Below are positions 24,201 through 32,403 of a stretch of DNA of 32,403 nucleotides, piece after piece (within the stretch, counting starts at the first letter, position 1; every line of letters begins with the position of its first letter). A program made the translations under genes and the position numbers. The stretch is from Tubiluchus corallicola (Eukaryota > Animalia > Priapulida), in the NCBI GenBank assembly GCA_030141605.1, contig JAQGDQ010001619.1, forward strand, positions 1 to 32,403. The letters run 5' to 3'. The notes below the pieces were generated by a model. It was not told where the DNA came from and made no database searches. It saw only the letters and a list, made by a program, of their open reading frames with translations.

Positions 24201-27200
24201 GGACAAAATCTGGAGCGTTAAAAAATCCCGCATACCCTGGACACATGCGAGCTGACCGCTACTTGGCAGGCCATCACTTTGTTTACATCACGTACATCAG
24301 TGTAACCACGTGTATATCTCTATGTATAAAAATATAGAGTTAATTGTGCGGAGTTATTTGAGTCAATTGCCAACACTTTATATACTTTTGCAGAGGAGCG
24401 GCCAGTACTAGATGTTTTTGAGACAATTATGTGATCAATTCTACATTACTGCCATCTAATACGCGGTGCCTACTGTATTAGCTTAGTATCGGTATAGTAT
24501 ACGGATATTATCTTAGTATAGGGATGAGAATTTGCCGCAGATACGCGGAATTCCGAGTTTTTGGAAGACCAGTAATGCCATTCTTGTGAATCGCGTAAAT
24601 TTGTTGAGGAAATTTTTACGGACCCGGTACATTATTTCACAAACTGACCGCTAGTTGGCAGGCCGTCACTTTGTTTACATCACGTACATCAGTATAACCA
24701 CGTGTATATCTCTATGCATAAAAATATAGAATCAATTGTGCGGAGTTATATGAGTCAATTGCAGACAGTTTTTATATACTTTTGCACAGGAGCGGCCAGT
24801 ACTTAGGCGTTTTTGAGACAATCAGGTATCATGTATCCTTGATAGTTGGGTATTTGAGACAATTAGGCAATTGATTCTACATTACCGTGAGTCTAATACA
24901 CGGCACTTACTGTATTATAGCTCAGTGTCGGTAAGTGCGGACAATCGGCACACTCGGACCGACGTCTCGCCACTTTTCTCTGAGAAATCGTGACATGAGC
25001 ACACTGTTTTGCATGTGACTACATGTGAAGAACTACTTTAACTGTTACTTTCATGTTATATGTTTATTTAGGATGTTCGCGCATTATTGATTATATGTGT
25101 ACTTATACGCAAAATTTTTGGCGGGGCCTCTGCTAGTATGTTGATAATATTCTAACACATCGAAATCTAATTAATGAGATCATTAATTCCCAACTAATGT
25201 GAAAAAAAATTGGTCGCATTTTCATGCGCGAGTAAAGTTAACGGGTGTTGTAGATTTATAGCGGAAATATTTTCAGGTTTTATTCATTGACATTCCTTCT
25301 TTTGAACTAATGTGCACTACATGTGCTAAATACAAGTCCAACAGTCTTTTAGATGTAATTTATGATTTTTTATTGTCCAAAATGGGCAATCATCGTCTCA
25401 TTCCAAAATCACTATCACATCATGACATATTTGACTGACTGACTGACTGACGTATTATGAGCGACTCAACTTCGTTTTATCTGAAGCAAATAAAAACATT
25501 TTCTGCTAAACAAATGTCAAAAGGATAATTAACTGCTATAATGAAAATGTATAATAATATTATGAAATATGAAGAAATCAAACTTACATCTTTGTCGCAT
25601 CTTACTAACTTGCTAAAGAGAACTCGACTGACAAAATTTTGTTATAAAACGACACGACGTACTGAACAAGAATGACTTCTTTCCTATCCTGTCTGCAAAA
25701 TGAGGCCAATGGCCTATTCCCTGTCCTAGCTCAGCTGTCTATCAACAGCCTAAATTTGCAAAAAACAAACACAAGGAGGCACCACGTGCTTACATCCAAA
25801 ACAACTAATGTAACGAACCTTTGTCGCATAAAATTTGTTCGTAAAGTTATTAAATTGTGCACTATTGTTGTTTGTTCTATTTTTAGCACTGGCCACGGAA
25901 AAAGGAAAACCCGTCAAGTACAAAGGCAGAATGCAGCTTGACGAGCTTTCATGCAACCGGCTTCATCAGGGCGTGTGCTTGGACGTGGGAAAATTAAGCT
26001 ACGCTAATGATGAAGACATACTACCCGTGTAAGCCTTTTTTTGTTTAATCATTTAAGTGCAATTATGCTGTTTTGAAATTCCAATTGTCTCCCGTGTTTC
26101 CATAATGGAAAGTTTGTTTAATACTTACTCATCTTATGTTTCTGACTTGGTGAGTCTTCTGAGTATTTGCGTACTGGAGTTGGCGAGTGCTCTGTGCAGT
26201 GCTTGGCCAAAGCAAGCTTGTGCCTTAATAGACATGTGAGAATATTTGTAAGCTTGGTCGATGACTTAGTCGAGTACCTTATTATATCAGTAAAAATAGC
26301 CTGGGAGCTTTGTGTTAAGCTGACAAGCCTGCCTCATTTTGCACAAAAAAATTAAAGACGAAAAAATTCATCTACGTCAAACTACAGTAAGTCCTCGCTT
26401 AGCGACACTAATGTGTCCCAGCAAAATGCGACGTTAAGCGAAGCATCGTTAAACGAAACCACAACTTCCATAGAAAGTAATGTAAATGAATTGAGATATG
26501 TTCCAGAGACAAAAGTCAATGCTGCTTATATCATATAAATTAAACATTTTATGAGTTTTACTGGTACTTCTACTAATTAATTTCTTTATTTTTGCCTGAA
26601 ACCACCTACATACGTTACTTACCTAGCTAGAGGTTTCTCTTTTGTTTACGACATCCGTTAAACAATAGACACTGCAGCAGAGTCAAAGCCAAGCCTTGGG
26701 GATTTTATCTCTAGAGATGCTTACTTTAGTTGCTATAGCAACAGGTTGCTGGCAAAATTCCTTGCTCCCAGGTCTGGCTTGATACAAACGGCTGGCATTT
26801 AGTGGTCAGTCGGGAAGCAGAAACATTTAAAACAGAATGGAGCAAAATAAACCATTTTAATGCATAAAACTGGCTAAAAAAGTTGTTGACAAAATAAAAA
26901 TTGGTTTTGGGCAAAGTAAAAAAATCGTTGTCGAAACGAAAAGGTGTGTCGTTACGTGAAGAAACGTGTCAAATATTCAGCATCGTTAAAATGAAACCTC
27001 ACTAAACGGGGCGACGTTAAGTGAGGACATACTGTATTGTAATTGTAGCTGGTGTGAATATAAACTGAAAATAAAAAATAAAATAGTTCTATGACATTTT
27101 TCGTCAATCAGTTTCATCACCCATTTATGCTCATTTGTTTTACAGGGAGCCATATTACATTGATGACGGTAGACCCGCGTTGTGGTTGTTGCTAGATTGC

Positions 27201-30200
27201 ATACAGGATCCCATGAACTTTGGCGCAGTTCTTCGCTCATCGTATTTTTTTGGTGTCGACAGAGTTTTGACGGTAAAAGGTAACAGGTAAAGGACAGTAA
27301 AAGGACAGTTTTGATGGTAACAGACAAAAACACTCAGCAGTCGGACAGGCAAAAACACTCAGCAGTCGGACAGGCAAAAACACTCAGCAGTCGGACAGGC
27401 AAAAACACTCAGCAGTCGGACAGGCAAAACACTCAGCATACGGACAGGCAAAAACACTCAGCATACAGACAGGCAAAAACACTCAACAGTTGGACAGGCA
27501 AAACACTGGGCATACGGACAGGCAAAAACACTCAGCATACAGACAGGCAAAAACACTCAGCATACAGACAGGCAAAAACTCTCAGCATACGGACAGGCAA
27601 AAACACTCAGCATATGGACAGGCAAAAACACTCAGCAGTCAGACAGGCAAAACACTCAGCATACGGGCAGGCAAAACACTCAGCATACGGACAGGCAAAA
27701 GCACTTAGCATACGGACAGGCAAAAGCACTTAGCATACAGACAGGCAAAAGCACTTAGCATACAGACAAATTTGAATCGAGTTGAGAATGCTCACTCTTA
27801 ATATGTAATATACTTAATATTGGCCAGCGCTGGCATTTAAACTTAAAGACATCAGAAAACTGCAGAAACAGGTCATGAGCATTTATCAAATCATTAAATT
27901 TGGCTAAATTAAGTATAAACAGACATCAATCACCAAGAGAGTGTAACAGTCTACTGTCCTACTGATTTCTGCATAAAACCAGATTGAATCACCTGAGAAT
28001 ATAAGTACAGGCTAACAAATTTAAAGCAAGAAATTCATTCAAGGCCTAACAGGTGGCAGCACATGACTATCAGTTTTTCCTCAACACAAGGAATTATAAC
28101 AGTTCTAATTCTGATTGATAATCACGTTGTATCTTACAGTTGTCCGATGTCGCCAGTCGTGAGCAAGGCCAGCGCGGGCGTTCTCGAAATCATGCCTATT
28201 TATCAAATCTCTCACCTGCTTGACTTTTTACAGGTAATATCTGTTTTATATGCTACTTCTTACTGATTTTCCTTTTTACGTATTAATAAATTTAAGAATT
28301 AAAGGAAAAGTCAACTATAAAATGAGTAAGGTAAAGCATTAGTAAATCGTTTTATATTTCGTAGTGAAAGAAGTTACAAAAAAACAAATATTAAGTTTAC
28401 TAATCTTAATAAATTTGTCGCTATATTATAATACAGTGGAACCTTGACTTACGAAAACCCTATTATACGAAACCTTACGAAAAATTCAGAATACGAATCG
28501 GGCTGCGATGAAATTTCCGTCCCGGTTACTGAAAAAATATTCAAGATACGAAAACGAACATCGAAAGTGCCGCTAGACAGCGGTCCTCTCAGAATGCATT
28601 TCGTAGCATTGCATGAATGCTTTGTTGTGCTCTTATCTCATGTGAACGCTTTGTTGTGCTCTTATCTCATGTGAACGCATTGTTGTGCTCTTATCTCATG
28701 TGAACGCATTGTTGTTCTCTTATCTCATGTGAACGCATTGTTGTTCTCTTATCTCATGTGAACGCTTTGTTGTGCTCTTATCTCGTGTGAACGCTTTGTT
28801 GTTCTCTTATCTCATGTGAACGCTTTGTTGTGCTCTTATCTCATGTGAACGCTTTGTTGTGCTCTTATCTCATGTGAACGCTTTGTTGTTCTCTTATCTT
28901 GTGGTTTTTTAATGAATTAAAATAAAAAAAACAATGTTACGGTTATGTGTTCATGTAAATTAAGTTACGTATGATTTCTGCAATCTGTCAAAACTCCATT
29001 CCCTCCTCCTCCTCCTCCTTCTCCTTTCTGTAACTGATTATGTTGTCATTAACAAACATATTTCTTTCGGGTGGATACAATATTTACATTTTACACGACT
29101 GTTTTTGGGAGGGGAGGGGTTGGAACGAATTACGCCATTTATAGGGTAAATCTTGTCTCATGATATGAAAATTCTATGATACGAAAACCCCTCCGGTACG
29201 TATTAATTTCGTATCTCCAGGTATCAGTGAATAATTAATTTAATTGTGAGAGAGATGGGAATTTAATAAATTCTGCAATTTATAATGGAATTTCAAGTCT
29301 TTTTTACGTGTTTATTTCCTCCTGATTTATTTTGCTAGGATTTTTATACGGAGACATCAAATTTCCTATTATGAACACATTTTTTATTTTGTTTCGTGTT
29401 TTTCAGTTGCATAAGAATCTTGGCTGGCAGCTACTAGCGACGAGCGCCGCTTCTGGTACCTCTAGTTCCGTTAGCGGCAGTTATTCAACTTGTGATGCAG
29501 CTAGGTTTTCTTTAAATCAGCCATCCGTCTTAATAATTGGTGAGATGCTGTCAGTGTATGCTCTTAAAAGACAAGTAAAGGCCTAGTTAAAGCAAGTCTT
29601 AGAAAATTTTCGCTAAAGAATTATAACGGTTAGAGACAATCTTAAGCGTTTATCATACTCACGTTAAAAGAATTTCCTGTTTGTTTTAATTTTAAAAACT
29701 CCCGCGAGACTGTCAAGGCGGTGCCATATTAGATGGCGTCACAGAACCACAACACAAATCTTTATAGTACACGTGCTCAGAACTCACTGCGACTGTGTTC
29801 TTGTGATGTCATGCTACGTGATCCATCATATGCTGGCTTTTCAATTGGTGGACTAAATGAAACATGTCTACGCCAACGTTTACTGCAGCGGTTGAAACAT
29901 TTTACAAAAATTGAAGTAAATGCGAAACCGTGAGTACTTTGTTCGCTTAAGATTATGCTTAGGCTATGTAATTTTTTATTGCGAATTTTCTGAGGCTTAC
30001 TTTGGTTGTCCATTTTCTTGTCTTTTCACCATATGGATTGTTTTAGTTACTGGTGCTGTCACCTCTGGTCAAAACTCAGGCCTCGAAATTTCACGTGAAC
30101 ACTTGCTCGGGTTACTCCTGGGTTATGTAAAAAAGTTGCAGCGCTAACGGATTTTCGTTTACATAGAAATTATTGTTAGTAACTAATTAGTAACTAATGC

Positions 30201-32157
30201 TGAAGCTGAGTCAGTTACTACTACATCAGCTGAGTCACACAGTAAATCAGCTAGTTCGGCTGAAGCTGAGTCACGCAGTAAATCAGCTAGCTCGTCTGAA
30301 GCTGAGTCAGTTGCTACTACATCAGCTGACTCACGCAGTAAATCAGCTAGCTCGGCTGAAACTGAGTCAGTTACTACTACATCAGCTGACTCACACAGTA
30401 AATCAGCTAGTTCGGCTGAAGCTGAGTCACACGGTAAATCAGCTAGGTCGACTGAAGCTGAGTCAGTTGCTACTACATCAGCTGACTCACGCAGTAAATC
30501 AGCTAGCTCGGCTGAAACTGAGTCAGTTGCTACTACATCAGCTGAGTCGCACAGTAAATCAGCTAGGTCGACTGAAGCTGAATCAGTTGCTACTACATCA
30601 GCTGATTCACACAGTGAATCAGCTAGCTCGGCTGAAGCTGAGTCAGTTGCTACTACATCAGCTGACTCACGCAGTAAATCAGCTAGCTCGTCTGAAGCTG
30701 AGTCAGTTACTACTACATCAGCTGACTCACACAGTAAATCAGCTAGCTCGGCTGAGGTTGAGTCAGTTGCTACTACATCAGCTGACTCACACAGTAAATC
30801 AGCTAGCTCGCTGAAGCTGAGTCAGTTACTACTACATCAGCTGACTCACACAGTAAATCAGCTAGCTCGACTGAAGCTGCGTCAGTTGCTACTACATCAG
30901 CTGACTCACACAGTGAATCAGCTAGCTCGGCTGAGGTTGAGTCAGTTGCTACTACATCAGCTGACTCACACAGTAAATCAGCTAGTTCGGCTGAAGCTGA
31001 GTCACTCAGTAAATCAGCTAGTTCGGCTGAGGTTGACTGACTTTTCAGCTGAGTTGGCTTACAGAAAAAATCAGCTAAGTCAGTTAAAGCTACGAATTTT
31101 CATTAACTAAATAAATGATAAACTGTTAGTTAACTGATAAATTATGGAGACAGATTTTTTTTAAATAATTCACGTTGCTTAATTCATTTTTGAAAGAATT
31201 GTTTGTTTGCTTTCATTATTTTAAGGAGTAGATTGTTTTAACCTACAGTTTAAGATTGGGTCCGGTTTTGCTTTAAGATTGTTAATGACCAGAAATATTT
31301 GTTAAACAAGTAACTGCTGGTATTTTAAGTGAATTCATGTTCTCCTACACATGCATATTTTTAAATTTCCATCTATGCGTTTCTAATGTCGGTTATTAAT
31401 TATTTTGTAGAAATTTTGCTGTTTTCATTATTATCACGTCATTCCTCGCACTTGAGCTGAGAGCAGAACGGTTACCATGGCAACAGTTTACTCAAATCTT
31501 TCACGAGTATAGCCGAATTAGAATTAAGGCCACTGATAGAACACTCAAGAATGGTTTAGTTGTATTTAAATTGTGAATGTTGAATTGTAATATGTGTTTA
31601 AATATGAAATGCTTGTATATGGATATCCATATTTCGTGCTTGCCAAGCCATAATTGTTTAATAAAATGTTTGTTAATTATTTTTTAATTAATTAATTTAG
31701 GTAACGAGGGACTGGGGGTATCGGATGCAGTTCGGAGTTTATGTCACCAGGAGCTGCTAGTAAACCCAAGACGCGAGCTCAGTCCTTATATGGACTCTTT
31801 GAATGTTTCCGTGGCAACCGGTATGTAGTAAACAACTCGTCTCGCTGCCATTTACAAGCTAAGCTAGCATGTTAGTTTTTCTAAACGTTATTTTCCCCGT
31901 ACAAGTTGTCTGGTATCATTTTATATTCAATTAGTTGCTCATCACTACATCAAGAATGGAATGCGCCTAAGTAACTTGGCAAACTGACTGCCGATTGGCT
32001 GATTTACGAATAGAGTACTCGGACCGCTTGGTCCCCTATGCATACATATTTTTTAAATTTCCATCTATGTGTTTCAAAATAATGTCATTTTATTAATTAT
32101 TTTGCAGGAATCCTGCTGTTTTCATTATTATCACGTCATTCCTCGCACTTGAGCTGA
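21032..32157 (+). CDS. MRM1: rRNA methyltransferase 1, mitochondrial (SpoU/TrmH SPOUT 2'-O-ribose methyltransferase); 8 coding exons, 361 aa
   Basis: Exons 21032-21288, 23546-23694, 25887-26028, 27146-27286, 28140-28233, 29407-29539, 31701-31820, 32108-32157 have GT-AG introns with matching phases (2,1,2,2,0,1,1) and total 1086 nt. SpoU motifs DPMNFGAVLRS, IIGNEGLG, DSLNVSVATG; MRM1-like EIIFGTMPVLLAL, HQGVCLDV, SCPMSPVVSKASAG. Confidence 0.92.
21956..22500 (-). mobile_element. 5S rRNA-derived SINE-like element (SINE3 type), about 545 bp
   Basis: 5S-like head (22381-22500) runs without an oligo-T terminator into a ~425-bp GC-rich body; possible TSD ACTAAAA at 21949-21955 and 22499-22505; absent from the sister MITE copy. 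Confidence 0.7.
22381..22500 (-). pseudogene. Diverged 5S rRNA sequence (SINE head or pseudogene)
   Basis: Minus strand reads CTACGGCCAAATCATATGGAAAACACCGGTTTTCGTCTGATTACCGAAGTTAAGCAATGTAGAAAATGGTTAGTACTGGGATGGGTGACCGTCTAGGAATACCAGGTGCTGTAAGCT; 5S box A, intermediate element and box C are recognisable but helices are disrupted. Confidence 0.88.
23546..23694 (+). CDS. MRM1: MRM1 exon 2
   Basis: ctcag|G LHKTVQPSGEIIFGTMPVLLALTEGRRDVHCVYLKRGDLRNNKRLTEIA G|gtattt. Confidence 0.88.
24252..24935. repeat. Direct duplication of about 245 bp in MRM1 intron 2 (24252-24495 vs 24643-24935)
   Basis: 'ctgaccgcta(c/g)ttggcaggcc(a/g)tcactttgtttacatcacgtacatcag...' occurs twice, separated by about 150 bp. 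Confidence 0.85.
25887..26028 (+). CDS. MRM1: MRM1 exon 3
   Basis: ttttag|CA LATEKGKPVKYKGRMQLDELSCNRLHQGVCLDVGKLSYANDEDILP GT|gtaagc. Confidence 0.92.
26385..27034. mobile_element. Tigger/pogo-like MITE, copy 2 (650 bp)
   Basis: TA-CAGTAAGTCCTCGCTTAGCG ... CGTTAAGTGAGGACATACTG-TA: about 20-bp TIRs and a TA TSD. Confidence 0.85.
27146..27286 (+). CDS. MRM1: MRM1 exon 4 (SpoU motif 1)
   Basis: tacag|G EPYYIDDGRPALWLLLDCIQDPMNFGAVLRSSYFFGVDRVLTVKGN AG|gtaaag. Confidence 0.95.
27320..27768. repeat. 24-25-bp minisatellite (about 18 copies) in MRM1 intron 4
   Basis: Unit 'ggacaggcaaaaacactcagca(gtc/tac)'; starts about 35 bp after the exon 4 donor. Confidence 0.95.
28140..28233 (+). CDS. MRM1: MRM1 exon 5
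   Basis: ttacag|T CPMSPVVSKASAGVLEIMPIYQISHLLDFLQ|gtaata. Confidence 0.95.
28434..29229. mobile_element. Tigger-like MITE carrying an internal tandem array
   Basis: Left end TA-CAGTGGAACCTTGACTTACGAAA; degenerate right end TTTCGTATCTCCAGGTATCAGTG; subterminal TACGAA repeats at both ends. Confidence 0.65.
28612..28902. repeat. 29-bp minisatellite, about 10 copies
   Basis: Unit 'tgtgaacgc(t/a)ttgttgt(g/t)ctcttatctca'. Confidence 0.95.
29407..29539 (+). CDS. MRM1: MRM1 exon 6
   Basis: tttcag|LHKNLGWQLLATSAASGTSSSVSGSYSTCDAARFSLNQPSVLII G|gtgaga. Confidence 0.92.
30199..31090. repeat. 60-bp (with 36-bp variant) minisatellite in MRM1 intron 6
   Basis: Unit 'gctgaagctgagtcagtt(a/g)ctactacatcagctgactcac(a/g)cagtaaatcagctagctcg'. 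Confidence 0.95.
31343..31670 (+). other. Duplicate of the MRM1 terminal exon with acceptor, stop codon, 3'UTR and poly(A) signal (candidate alternative last exon, coding part 31411-31460)
   Basis: Homologous to about 32034-32325; tttgtag|AA ILLFSLLSRHSSHLS*; AATAAA at 31660-31665. Confidence 0.85.
31701..31820 (+). CDS. MRM1: MRM1 exon 7 (SpoU motifs 2-3, SAM-binding knot)
   Basis: tttag|GT NEGLGVSDAVRSLCHQELLVNPRRELSPYMDSLNVSVAT G|gtatgt. Confidence 0.95.
32108..32157 (+). CDS. MRM1: MRM1 exon 8 (terminal coding part)
   Basis: tttgcag|GA ILLFSLLSRHSSHLS TGA; completes SLNVSVATGILL. Confidence 0.9.
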
Positions 32158-32317
32158 GAGCAGAACGGTTACCATGGCAACAGTTTACTCAAATCTTTCA
32201 CGAGTACAGCCGAATTAGAATTAAGGCCATTGATAGAACACTCTAGAACAGTTTTATTGTATGTTTAAATTGTGAATGTTGCATTGTAATGTGTTTTGAT
32301 ATGAAATGTTTGTTTGT

Positions 32318-32340
32318 AATAAAATTTGAATATAAATAAA
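32318..32340 (+). terminator. Polyadenylation signals of MRM1
   Basis: AATAAA at 32318-32323 and 32335-32340, followed by a T-rich downstream region. Confidence 0.6.
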
Positions 32341-32403
32341 TGAAGTTGAAGTTCTGTTATTCTTCTCCTTCTCTTTCTTTCTCATTAACGGAAATAAAAA
32401 AGT

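Noticed and set aside
24918-24975. tRNA-like A box (tagctcagtgtcggta)
   Set aside because: No B box or cloverleaf follows
27311-27733. 140-aa and 72-aa repetitive ORFs
   Set aside because: 25-bp minisatellite in intron 4; unit length is not a multiple of 3
30197-31110. 205-aa leucine-rich repeat-like ORF plus a 74-aa ORF
   Set aside because: Arises from a 60/36-bp intronic minisatellite; a 1-nt deletion at about 30810 shifts the frame; no protein family pattern recognised

Overview
AT-rich eukaryotic (invertebrate-animal-like) genomic DNA, not prokaryotic. Two protein genes can be supported, arranged head-to-head. (1) A minus-strand C2H2 zinc-finger ORF (11723-12901) of 14 near-identical 28-aa fingers with no effector domain. 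(2) A plus-strand, 8-coding-exon mitochondrial rRNA 2'-O-methyltransferase gene (MRM1, SpoU/TrmH SPOUT family; CDS 21032-32157, 361 aa when spliced by hand, all intron phases consistent). The rest is repeats and transposon relics: a 5'-truncated RTEX-like LINE with a 192-bp target-site duplication, a 5S-rRNA-headed SINE-like element nested in a Tigger/pogo-type MITE, a hAT MITE with an 8-bp TSD, other Tc1/mariner-pogo MITEs, many minisatellites and microsatellites. Most notable observations: an in-frame duplicate of the MRM1 last exon sitting upstream of the SAM-binding exon (possible catalytically dead isoform); a PRDM9-style minisatellite finger array; and a LINE TSD that copied a candidate first-intron splice donor (GC vs GT versions). 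Most short ORFs in the supplied track are repeat artefacts. All calls are from manual reading; no database searches were run.
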